Positions 44,535 to 53,842 of a DNA stretch of 64,000 nt are shown in pieces. Below the pieces are notes generated by a model. The model saw only the letters and a list, made by a program, of their open reading frames with translations, was not told where the DNA came from and made no database searches. Source of the stretch: Clostridia bacterium (GTDB lineage: Bacteria > Bacillota > Clostridia > Christensenellales > DTU072); NCBI GenBank assembly GCA_045601385.1, contig JAZRZM010000049.1, forward strand, positions 5,874 through 69,873. The letters run 5' to 3'. Numbering within the stretch: the stretch's first letter is position 1; the number at the start of each line of letters is the position of its first letter. The position numbers and the translations under genes are program-made.

Positions 44535-45280
44535 AAAATATTTCTTTTTCCTATCGAAAAAAAACCGTTTTGAAAAACGTTTCTTTTTCGGTCGGCGAGG
44601 GAAAAATCTGCGCTTTGCTCGGAAAAAACGGCGCGGGAAAAACGACTCTTTTGCGCATTGCGGACGGCATTCTTTCGCCCGAAAGCGGCTCGGTTTGGCT
44701 TAAAAACGAGAATATTACCGCGATGAAAGGCTACCGACGCGCCAAAATAGTTTCTTACGTCGCGCAAAGTTTTGAACCGGGGGAGGGGACGTGCTTCGAG
44801 GCGGTGTTGTCGGGTAGAATTCCGCACAGTCTGTCCGGTACGACGAAAGACGATCTTGAAAAGACGGAAAACGCGCTGCATGAAATGAATATCGCCCATC
44901 TTTCCATGCGAAAATGCGACGAACTGTCGGGCGGAGAACGTCAAAAAACGGCGATGGCGCGCGCTTTTGCACAAGACGGAAAACTTTTTTTGCTGGACGA
45001 ACCGACGGCGAACCTCGACGTGGCAAGTCAGATAGAATCCCTTTCCCGATTGCGAAAAAAGATAAAAGAAAGCGGTGCGGTCGCCTTATGTTCGACGCAC
45101 GACGTCAATCTTGCGTTGCGCTTTGCCGACGAATTCGTCCTTATGAAGGACGGCTCGGTGTTTGCGTGCGGCGGCGAAGAAATCGTTACCGAAAAAAATC
45201 TTTCGGCTGTTTTCGGATATAACTTGTCCGTCGTTATCATAGACGGAAAAAAATACGTTTTTACGGAGGTTGAACCGTGA
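44519..45280 (+). CDS. ABC transporter ATP-binding protein
   Basis: ATG 44519 after AAAGGAGGGG. Walker A GKNGAGKTT, signature LSGGERQ, Walker B LFLLDEP. Confidence 0.88.
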   Translation: MAFEVKNISFSYRKKTVLKNVSFSVGEGKICALLGKNGAGKTTLLRIADGILSPESGSVWLKNENITAMKGYRRAKIVSYVAQSFEPGEGTCFEAVLSGRIPHSLSGTTKDDLEKTENALHEMNIAHLSMRKCDELSGGERQKTAMARAFAQDGKLFLLDEPTANLDVASQIESLSRLRKKIKESGAVALCSTHDVNLALRFADEFVLMKDGSVFACGGEEIVTEKNLSAVFGYNLSVVIIDGKKYVFTEVEP

Positions 45281-46392
45281 AAAAAAAATCGGCTGTCGCG
45301 GCGGCTTTTCTTGTCGTATTGCTGCTATTGTGCTCCGCTTTTTTTGCTTGTGAAAAAAAGCAAACGGCGGATTCGGTCGTCGATCTTATCGGACGTGAAG
45401 TGGTCGTACCCGAAAAGGTAAATAAGGTCGTCTGCGTCGGCGCGTCTGCGCTCCGACTCTATATGTACGTGGGTAATATCGATTATTTGTGCGGCGTAGA
45501 GGACTTTGAAAAAGGAAATAAAATGCCCGTTCGTCCCTATTTTTTTGCGTATGAAGACTTAATCGGGACTTTGCCGAGCGCCGGTAGCGGCGGTGCGAAT
45601 TCGACTTTCGACGCCGAAAAAATCCTTTCGTGCGCACCCGACGTCGTCTTTACCACCTATAACGACGTAGGCGACGTCAACCGCTTTCAGCAAAAAACGG
45701 GTATCCCCGTGGTTTGCCTTTCTTTGGGCGGATCGGACGTCTTCGGCGGCAATCTGAAACGCTCTTTGGATCTTGTCGGACGCGTCGTCGGCGAAGAAGA
45801 AAGGAGTCGTGAAGTCATCGCGTACATTGACGAATTACAACGCGATTTGGTATCGAGAGCAACGCTTTCAAAGGAAAAACGGTCGAAAGTCTATCTTGCG
45901 TGCAACACCTATAACGGCGGCAAGGGCGGTATATGCGATACGATGCGTCGCTTTACGCTTTTTGATGTTTTATCGGCTGTAAATGTAGCCGCCGATACCG
46001 ATTATGGCACAAACAATCCGACGCTTGACATAGAAACTTTATTGATGAAGAATCCGGACGTTATTTTTGCCGACGCGTTTAATCGGGACAAACTATGGAC
46101 GGAATACGACGGTAAAAAAGAGATTTTCGGCGCGATGAAAGCGTTTTCGACGGGCAAAGTTTATTATCTTATGCCGTTTAATCAATATTATACGAACGTC
46201 GAGACGGCGTTTTGCGACGCTTACTATATCGGTTCGGTCTTGTATCCGGACGCTTTTTCCGACGTTTCGATCGATCGAAAATTCGATGAAATCTGCGCGC
46301 GGTTTTTACGCAAGGAATGCGACTATTTTAATCGGGCGAAAGCCCTTTGCCCCGACGGTTTTGAGCGAGCCGATTTTTCAGTCGTGAAGTAG
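45277..46392 (+). CDS. ABC transporter substrate-binding lipoprotein (BtuF/FhuD-like, PBP type 8)
   Basis: GTG overlaps the upstream stop. Lipobox LLLCSAFFAC. IGREVVVPEKVNKVVCVGASALRLYMY is typical of this binding-protein class. Confidence 0.8.
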   Translation: MKKKSAVAAAFLVVLLLLCSAFFACEKKQTADSVVDLIGREVVVPEKVNKVVCVGASALRLYMYVGNIDYLCGVEDFEKGNKMPVRPYFFAYEDLIGTLPSAGSGGANSTFDAEKILSCAPDVVFTTYNDVGDVNRFQQKTGIPVVCLSLGGSDVFGGNLKRSLDLVGRVVGEEERSREVIAYIDELQRDLVSRATLSKEKRSKVYLACNTYNGGKGGICDTMRRFTLFDVLSAVNVAADTDYGTNNPTLDIETLLMKNPDVIFADAFNRDKLWTEYDGKKEIFGAMKAFSTGKVYYLMPFNQYYTNVETAFCDAYYIGSVLYPDAFSDVSIDRKFDEICARFLRKECDYFNRAKALCPDGFERADFSVVK

Positions 46393-47253
46393 GTTTTCGA
46401 TATCGGCAGGAAGCGGAGAAGAAAAAGTCAGTTCCTCTCCGGTCGTCGGGTGGGTAAAAGAAAGATAGAAAGAGTGGAGCGCGGGGCGCGCGATCAGCGC
46501 GGTTTCTTCGCCGTACAAGAAGTCTCCGACAAGCGGATGTCCGATCGAGGCGAAGTGTACCCGTATCTGATGGGTTCTGCCCGTTTTCGGCGTGACTTCG
46601 AGCAGGGTTTTGTCCGCGCCGCATAAGACGGTTTTGTATTCGGTTCGGGACGCCTTGCCGTCCGCTCTTATCTCCCGCGCGAGACTTTTTTCGGTTTTCC
46701 GTGCGATCGGTTTGTCGACGCACCCTTGCGCGGGCGTGACTTGTCCGACGGCGACGGCGAGATACTTACGGACGAATTTTTCGGTATGCAGGGCGCGGAT
46801 CAGAATGTCGTGGCAATAGCCGTTTTTTGCGACGACCATTAAGCCCGACGTCCCTTTATCGAGGCGGTTTACCGGGTGGAAGACGGTGTTTTTCCACCGA
46901 TGAGACAGGGCGGAAGCGACGGTGTGCGTGCCGCTTTCTATCGGCCCTTGGGTGGCGAGTCCGGCTTGCTTGTCGATGACGGCGATGTCTTCGTCCTCAT
47001 AGACGACGGTAAGAGGAATATCCTCGGGCGGCGCGACCGACTTCGGCGGTTCGTCTTCGATAATCGCTTCCAATACGTCGCCTTTTTTTACGCGGACGTT
47101 GACGTGGACGCTTGTTTTGTTCAGAGTGATGCCGTCCGGACGTCTTTTCAGCCGCGCGATTCTGCCCGAACCGAAAAAGAATGCTTTTTTCAGCACCTCG
47201 TCCACTCTTTTTCCGTCAAAAATGTCGTTTATTTCCGTTTTCAGCGTTCGCAT
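46378..47253 (-). CDS. RluA-family pseudouridine synthase with N-terminal S4-like domain
   Basis: Catalytic motif VNRLDKGTSGLMVVAKN and C-terminal GRTHQIRVHFASIGHPLVGD. Confidence 0.85.
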   Translation of the reverse strand: MRTLKTEINDIFDGKRVDEVLKKAFFFGSGRIARLKRRPDGITLNKTSVHVNVRVKKGDVLEAIIEDEPPKSVAPPEDIPLTVVYEDEDIAVIDKQAGLATQGPIESGTHTVASALSHRWKNTVFHPVNRLDKGTSGLMVVAKNGYCHDILIRALHTEKFVRKYLAVAVGQVTPAQGCVDKPIARKTEKSLAREIRADGKASRTEYKTVLCGADKTLLEVTPKTGRTHQIRVHFASIGHPLVGDFLYGEETALIARPALHSFYLSFTHPTTGEELTFSSPLPADIENLLHD

Positions 47254-47343
47254 AACGGTATTATAGCATATTTTTCGGAGAACCGAACGGAAAACTTTGC
47301 CCGATTTTTTTTCTTAAATATCGTTATAATTTTATAATATATA

Positions 47344-47372
47344 TTGCGCGTGCGCACAAACTGTGTTATATT
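47344..47372 (+). promoter_or_regulatory. promoter positioned for a leaderless transcript of the 2146-aa surface protein gene
   Basis: TTGCGC (47344-47349), 17-nt spacer ending in TGT (extended -10), TATATT (47367-47372). ATG 47379 lies 7 nt downstream. There is no SD, and the intervening ATACCT is identical to that at 27131-27136. Confidence 0.45.
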
Positions 47373-47378
47373 ATACCT

Positions 47379-50300
47379 ATGAAAAAGTCGAATGCTGTTA
47401 TTTTCGGATTTTTGATTGTGTTCTCGGTGCTGTTTTGCGTACTTTCGGCGGCGTTTTGCGCGTCGGTCGGAGGGGCGAAAGCCGGGTTTATTTATAACGA
47501 TACCGATGTTTTTGCCGTTCGGTCGGCAGAAGATTACGTCGCTTTGAGCGCGCTGAAAGATAAGGATTTTTCGGGCAAAACGATTCGGCTGTACGCCGAT
47601 ATCGACGTGACGAATATCGAATTTACCTTCGGCGACTTCGACGGCGATTTTGACGGCAACGGACACGTTCTTTCGGGCGCGACCAAGAGACTTTTTTCCA
47701 AAATCAAATCAAACGGCAGGATAAACGATCTTATTTTTGCGGACTGTGATCTGACGGACGAATGTGCGCTTTGCACGGTCAATTTCGGCTATGTCGGCGG
47801 CGTCTCGTTGTACGGCGGACAAAACGCGGCGACGGTAAAGGGCGTCGTAGGAGAGAACGCCGGTACCGTAGAATACGTAAGCAGTTTTCTTACCGTTACT
47901 TTTTCGGGTGATACGTTCCGTGCGCTGTGCGGAAAGCAGACTCCGTCCGGCAGTTTGAGCGGCAGCGGTTTTTACGGCTCCGTTCTTTCGACGAAAAGCG
48001 ACGGCGAAGTATCGGTTTTCGCGTTCTGTTCGCAGGAAGGCGGCAGTTCTTCGACGGTGACGGATTGCACGTTTGCCGCCGATGTCGTTTCGGCGGGGGC
48101 GGACGTAACTTTCGGCGTATATAATCAGTACTGTTCCGATTGCGCTGTGCTTTGCGCCTTTGACGCGCCGTCGTTTTCTTTGCGCGGCTACTATGCCGAC
48201 GTGTTCGACTTCGTTTATACCGACGGGACGCTTTCGCAAAAGGTTTCTTACGATTCTTTAAGCGACGAACAAAAAGCCGAGACCGTGACGGTAGCGGACG
48301 CGGGAAATCAACTCCTTTATGCGGACGACGAAGGCTTTGCGAAAAAACGCGTTCTTCTCGATTCTTCTTTCGGGCTGAACGGCGTGTCAGACTGTTATAC
48401 CGCTTTGTTTGAAAAGACGGGGACGACCGAAACGCCCGTTTTCGGCGCGCCGACCGTTCGCGTTTACGACGCCGACAAGCAATACTTTGCCTGTACGCCG
48501 AATAACCTGGGCGACAAACTCGGCGACGGGTTTTTGAAACGGGACGGCGTGTACCCCGTGGTCGCGGACGTCTTGCCCGGGAGAGGAACGCAAGCCGATC
48601 CCTTTGTTATAGAAACGGCCGAAGTTCTGTTCCGCCTCCGTTCCGCGCTTTCTTTCGGCGGAACGGTTTATGTCGAATTATCGGACAATATAGACGTATT
48701 TAGCGCGAATAACGCCGTTTCCTCGCTTTTTTCGCAGGCGGTCTCGACGGCAAACGACCTTTCGGGCGTGCCGACCGTCTGCCTGAATCTGCTCGGAAAC
48801 GGCTATACCGTTTATCCGTGCACGGCGCTGTTTTGCGGCGGCTTTTCGGTGACGGGCGACGACTTTTTAACGACGACTTTCGGCGAAAAATACGGATATG
48901 TGACGGGAGAAACGCAGAAAGCGGTTACGCCCGACGGCGATTTTGACGGCAACGGAACGCAATCCGATCCGTACGTACTCGAAAGCGCGGCGCACCTTGT
49001 TTCTTTTATACAGGACGAAACGAAAAACGCGCCCGATAAATACGCCGTATTCGGTCGACATATCGTCGTCAATTCGCAAAAAAGCCACGGAAACAAACTC
49101 GGTTTGAGCGAAAAAACGCTCCTTTGCGAACTGGACGGATGCGGCTACGGCGTCCTCGGACTTGCCGACGAACCGCTTTTGGGCCAAATCGGCGCGAGCG
49201 GCTGTCTGAAAAACGTTCGTATGGACGTGTACGGAGAACGCAAAACGGACGGTATCGTTTGTCTTGAAAACAGCGGACGTATCGAAAAAGTCCTTCTTGT
49301 CGGCACGCAGTCGGCGGAGGCAGCGTTCGTTTCCGTAAACGGCGGCGCAATCGAAAAATCGGTATGCGAACTGGTCGCCGATTACGCTTTCTTTGCCACC
49401 GATAACGGCGGAACGTGCGCTTACTGTATCAACAACGCGCCCTGCGCGCATTTTTCGGGCGATTCGGACGGAATACGGCAATGTATTTCGATGACGACGC
49501 AACATAAATATCAACTGATAAACGGCGAAATCACGGACGAACGCGAGGCTGCCGATTATATCGCGCTGCAAGAAAACGGCTTTGACGCGGACGTGTTCGC
49601 CTACGAATGCGGTTCGGCAAGTCTGCCCGTTCTGCGTGAAAAAGGCGGCGTGTACAAAACGGAAAACACCGAAGAACTGACCGTGCCCGAAACCGTCGTT
49701 TTCGACGAAACGTATACGTATACGGCGGAAGACTTTACCGACGCGGACGTCGTGTTCGACTTTACCGCGACCGTATCGGGACAGCCTGCGGACGACGCGA
49801 CCATACATAACGCCGGGACGTATACGCTGACTTTCTTCTTTGAAGAAACGACCGATACTTTGCCGCGTAAAGAGACGAGAACGATGACGATTACGAAAAA
49901 ATCGCTCAATTCGCCCACCTTGCAGAATGTCGATTTTGCCGCGCTCAACCTTATCTATACGGGCGCGGGCAGGACTGCCGCCGAGTTGACGCCGAGCGGC
50001 GACGCTTTTGCGACTTTAACAAGCGATTACGGCTTTTCGGCGACTTTTGCCTATACGAAAAATTCTTCTCCGACGACGCCCGAAGACATGATCGGCGCGG
50101 GAGAATACTATCAGACGATGACGGTTTCGTCGCGCAACTATTCGCTTACGCAACAATCCCGTAACAGATTGGTTACGATCGCAAAAAAGACCGTCGTTTT
50201 ACACGTGGACGGAGAAAAAACGACGGAATACGACTCGGACGCGTCGTTCGGCGGCTTTACCGTTTCGGCGGAAACGGTCGGCAGGGACGAAGGCGTCGCG

Positions 50301-53300
50301 ATTTCCGTTTTGATCGGAGACGGCTACGACGACTTTTTCGTCTGTTCGTACCAAAAAGGCGATAACGCCGGCAGCGAATACACCGTTTCGTACGACGTAG
50401 GAAGCATTACGCTCGACGACTATATACTGACGACCGAAGGGGGGCGGACGGGCAGTCTGACCGTCGTAAAAGCCCCGATCGAACAGGGCGACATAGTTTT
50501 CTACGGCGCGACGAAAGGACAAAACGGCGCGTTTGAAAAAGTCTACGACGGTCAAGAAACCACCCTGCTCGCTTCGGGCGTACCGACGGGTGTGACGTGT
50601 TCGTATGAAAATAACGTCGTCAAAAACTACGGCGTTTACAGCGTGAAAGCGATTATCGGCGACGAGAGCGATAACTATATTCCGCTCGAACTGACGGTCA
50701 ACGCTTCCGTTGCGAAAAAACAACTTTCTTTTACGGCAAACGACGTCGAAAAAGAATACGGATACGCGATAAACGCCGCTGATTTTACCTATGTTTACGA
50801 CGGACTGTGCGAAGAAAGTCCGACTTCGGCAGGTTTGTCCGTCACCGCTTTTCCGCAAAATCTGACGGCGGCGCAAGTGCCCGAAAAAGGGACGTACATT
50901 ATCAAAATCACCGTAACGGGCAGTAATCCGAATTATGCCGTCATGACGACGGACGGAGAATTGACTATCACGAAAATTTCGCTGACAAAACTGTTTGAAA
51001 ACAACAAAACGGGGCAAAAGAGCAATTTTGACGACGCGACGGTGACGTATTCGGGCGAAAAATACGTGCGAACAATCGACTGCTTTTCTTCCGAAGAGTA
51101 TCTTGTTTCGTACCGCTATCTGAAAAACGGAGTCGAAGTATCGACAAACGGCGTAACAAACGCCGGAACATACGTCGTGGAAGGGACGGTCACGCCGAAA
51201 AACGACGGGAGCAGTTATAAAGAAACGATCTATACCTGCGCGCTCGTTATCGAGCGGCAAACGACGAAAATCACTTTGTCGAAGACTTCTTACGAGTACC
51301 CGTACGTCGTGGGCGGCGGAACGGACTATCACGACGAAAAATATTTTCCGTATACGACCGATATTCCGACGGGCGGCGTCGTAAACGTGTTTTTCGGATA
51401 CAGCGAAGCCGTACATGCCGGGACGTATATCGATTTTATCACTTATCGGTACGTCGGGGACGAAAACCATTCGGGGTGCGAAGTTTCCGCTACGTTGACG
51501 GTCGCTCCGCTTGCCGCAACGGTTTCCTGGACGCGGGAATACGAATACGAGGCGGAGGGGCTTTATCCGGTGCTTATTTCGGCGACGGACGGAGAGGGTA
51601 ACGCGTATACCGAACTGACCTCGTCGTCGTTCTCGTTTTCGTACGTTGACAAGTTCGGTACGTTTTACGATTTCGGCAAGACGGTGCGCGCCGCAGGCAA
51701 GTATACGATGACGATACGGTGCGACAATACCGACTACGTCCCGACCGAGACGGAGTTTGAAGTGGAAATCGTGCCGATTACCATAGAAATATCTTTCGGC
51801 ACTTCGTCGGAACTGTCTTTTCTGACGTTTACCTACGGTACGACGGGCGAATACAATTACGTCAATCCCGCTACCGGCAAGCCCGCTTCGTATTACATTT
51901 CGGCGGCGGGCGACTTTATCACGTATAAAAACTTCCCCATACCGGGCACGACGGATACGATCGATTTGAGATTCCGCCTGTCGCGGAGCGAGTTTTCGGG
52001 CGGGTACTTTGACGCGGAGACGTACACGCTGTCGGAGAGCCTGTTGGAAATGCCGTCGAGTTTTCGCTTTGTCTTTGCGTCGGGGACGAATAATAAAGTC
52101 ACCGTTTTGCCGAGAGAACTGAAAAACGTCTGGTATCGGCGCGGCAAGGTCGTCAGCGGCGAAGTGACGCTCGATTATATCGCGGCGGCGCAGAACGGGG
52201 ACTTTTCGTGCAAGTTTTTCGACGGAGAGACCGAAGTCGACGCGGCGACGACAAGATACGCCGTCGCTATGCAAAACGATAAACACGTCTCGGCGGATCT
52301 TGTGCACGCGGGGAAATATACCTTGCGCGCGAGCGTCAATAACAAAAACTATTCTCTTGCCGCAAGCAACGCGGTTTTGTCCGTCGTCATACGGAAAGCC
52401 GTCCTGCAAATCACCGTCGCAAAAGATATGAAGGTAAAAGAACGCGAAGTGTTTTCCGATATACGCTATACCTTTTCGCCCGAATTGATCGGGATTGACA
52501 AGGGGAAAGACCTGACCGAATTGGACGGCGCCGTCCTTACCGTTTTGTGCGATTATAACGGAAAAGCGAACGTCGGGGAGACGTTCGGCGTCGGTATCGA
52601 CTTTTCTTCGACCGATTACGACGCCATTGTCGTGGGGTACGGAAAGTTGACCGTCGTCAGCAACGTTTATCCCGAATACGTCCTGGCAAGTCGGACGTTT
52701 ACTTATGACGGTACCTATCATACGCTGTCGGTCGGGACGACGATAGACGGCGTTGCGGTCGCTTATTCTTACGACGGGGACGGGAAGAACGTCGGCAGGA
52801 TCAACGTCGGGACATATCTTGTCACGGCGACGGTCACGTACCCGACGGGCAGAGTGAGTTCGACTTCGGCAAGAATGACGATCAAAAAAGCGACGCCCGT
52901 TATCGACGTCGTACAGAATTACGCCTTGTATCGGGCGGGGGAAGAAACCCTTTTGCGAGACGATATGATTCTTGCGAGCGCGGTTTTTGAAGGAACGGAG
53001 AAAAAGATCCCCGGTCGGTTCACTTTCGGCGAGCCTCGGTCGGCTTTGCAAAACGGCGACAGAACCTACAAAGCAAAGTTTATTCCCGACGATACCGCCA
53101 ATATCGAGACGGTCGATACCGTGTCGGTGCCGATTCGCTCTTTCCGCGTCGATTCGACGATGATCCGATTCAAAAACAAGACGGGTTATTCTCTGACGTC
53201 GGACGGCATTTCCATATCGGAAAGGGTAACGGCGGAATTGGATACCTCGTCGGTGCCGTTCGTCGCGGACAGACTGTTTGCTTATCAGGACGGGCTGAAA

Positions 53301-53819
53301 GTGTCCGAATACGTCTTCCGTAAAGAGGGCGAAGTGACGATCGAGATACGGTTTGACGACGAAACGGCGTACAAAACGGTATGGAAGGTCAACGTCAAGC
53401 AGGAAGAAACGGACGAACCGACAGGCAAGGTAGGCGTCGGCATTCTGTCCCTTACGAGCGTTATGTTCGACGGCGACGTCTGCTACGTCCGTAAAGGCGG
53501 CGGTATTATTAAGTTAAAGCCCGAATACGACGATAAGTGCGAGTTGTATATAAACGGTTCCAAAGTGGGCGGCGGCGGAATGCCCGTGTCCGAAAGGGAT
53601 ACGCGTATCGTCGTGCAAATCAAATACAACCACATCGACGCTTTCCTGAAAGAATATACCGTTCGGGAATGGGTGGAGACGGGAAACGAAGGCGGTTCGA
53701 CCGAAAACGGTGGCGGCGGCTTGCCGACGTACGCGATCGTGCTGATTTCCGTCGGGGGCGGACTTATTCTGCTGCTCGGCTTGTCGTTCCTTATTTTGCG
53801 TAAAAAATTGTTCAGATAA
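47379..53819 (+). CDS. giant cell-surface protein (2146 aa): signal peptide, three FDGNGH/GLUG-like beta-helix modules, many MBG-like Ig repeats, C-terminal TM anchor
   Basis: Signal peptide MKKSNAVIFGFLIVFSVLFCVLSAAFCA. Motifs FGDFDGDFDGNGHVLSG, GTQADPFVIETAEVL and DGDFDGNGTQSDPYVLESAAHL. Repeated ..KVYDG...Y..G.Y.V.. beta-sandwich units fill the middle. C-terminal LPTYAIVLISVGGGLILLLGLSFLILRKK. Confidence 0.85.
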   Translation: MKKSNAVIFGFLIVFSVLFCVLSAAFCASVGGAKAGFIYNDTDVFAVRSAEDYVALSALKDKDFSGKTIRLYADIDVTNIEFTFGDFDGDFDGNGHVLSGATKRLFSKIKSNGRINDLIFADCDLTDECALCTVNFGYVGGVSLYGGQNAATVKGVVGENAGTVEYVSSFLTVTFSGDTFRALCGKQTPSGSLSGSGFYGSVLSTKSDGEVSVFAFCSQEGGSSSTVTDCTFAADVVSAGADVTFGVYNQYCSDCAVLCAFDAPSFSLRGYYADVFDFVYTDGTLSQKVSYDSLSDEQKAETVTVADAGNQLLYADDEGFAKKRVLLDSSFGLNGVSDCYTALFEKTGTTETPVFGAPTVRVYDADKQYFACTPNNLGDKLGDGFLKRDGVYPVVADVLPGRGTQADPFVIETAEVLFRLRSALSFGGTVYVELSDNIDVFSANNAVSSLFSQAVSTANDLSGVPTVCLNLLGNGYTVYPCTALFCGGFSVTGDDFLTTTFGEKYGYVTGETQKAVTPDGDFDGNGTQSDPYVLESAAHLVSFIQDETKNAPDKYAVFGRHIVVNSQKSHGNKLGLSEKTLLCELDGCGYGVLGLADEPLLGQIGASGCLKNVRMDVYGERKTDGIVCLENSGRIEKVLLVGTQSAEAAFVSVNGGAIEKSVCELVADYAFFATDNGGTCAYCINNAPCAHFSGDSDGIRQCISMTTQHKYQLINGEITDEREAADYIALQENGFDADVFAYECGSASLPVLREKGGVYKTENTEELTVPETVVFDETYTYTAEDFTDADVVFDFTATVSGQPADDATIHNAGTYTLTFFFEETTDTLPRKETRTMTITKKSLNSPTLQNVDFAALNLIYTGAGRTAAELTPSGDAFATLTSDYGFSATFAYTKNSSPTTPEDMIGAGEYYQTMTVSSRNYSLTQQSRNRLVTIAKKTVVLHVDGEKTTEYDSDASFGGFTVSAETVGRDEGVAISVLIGDGYDDFFVCSYQKGDNAGSEYTVSYDVGSITLDDYILTTEGGRTGSLTVVKAPIEQGDIVFYGATKGQNGAFEKVYDGQETTLLASGVPTGVTCSYENNVVKNYGVYSVKAIIGDESDNYIPLELTVNASVAKKQLSFTANDVEKEYGYAINAADFTYVYDGLCEESPTSAGLSVTAFPQNLTAAQVPEKGTYIIKITVTGSNPNYAVMTTDGELTITKISLTKLFENNKTGQKSNFDDATVTYSGEKYVRTIDCFSSEEYLVSYRYLKNGVEVSTNGVTNAGTYVVEGTVTPKNDGSSYKETIYTCALVIERQTTKITLSKTSYEYPYVVGGGTDYHDEKYFPYTTDIPTGGVVNVFFGYSEAVHAGTYIDFITYRYVGDENHSGCEVSATLTVAPLAATVSWTREYEYEAEGLYPVLISATDGEGNAYTELTSSSFSFSYVDKFGTFYDFGKTVRAAGKYTMTIRCDNTDYVPTETEFEVEIVPITIEISFGTSSELSFLTFTYGTTGEYNYVNPATGKPASYYISAAGDFITYKNFPIPGTTDTIDLRFRLSRSEFSGGYFDAETYTLSESLLEMPSSFRFVFASGTNNKVTVLPRELKNVWYRRGKVVSGEVTLDYIAAAQNGDFSCKFFDGETEVDAATTRYAVAMQNDKHVSADLVHAGKYTLRASVNNKNYSLAASNAVLSVVIRKAVLQITVAKDMKVKEREVFSDIRYTFSPELIGIDKGKDLTELDGAVLTVLCDYNGKANVGETFGVGIDFSSTDYDAIVVGYGKLTVVSNVYPEYVLASRTFTYDGTYHTLSVGTTIDGVAVAYSYDGDGKNVGRINVGTYLVTATVTYPTGRVSSTSARMTIKKATPVIDVVQNYALYRAGEETLLRDDMILASAVFEGTEKKIPGRFTFGEPRSALQNGDRTYKAKFIPDDTANIETVDTVSVPIRSFRVDSTMIRFKNKTGYSLTSDGISISERVTAELDTSSVPFVADRLFAYQDGLKVSEYVFRKEGEVTIEIRFDDETAYKTVWKVNVKQEETDEPTGKVGVGILSLTSVMFDGDVCYVRKGGGIIKLKPEYDDKCELYINGSKVGGGGMPVSERDTRIVVQIKYNHIDAFLKEYTVREWVETGNEGGSTENGGGGLPTYAIVLISVGGGLILLLGLSFLILRKKLFR

Positions 53820-53842
53820 AGGTAAAAAGGAGTGTTTTTGCT

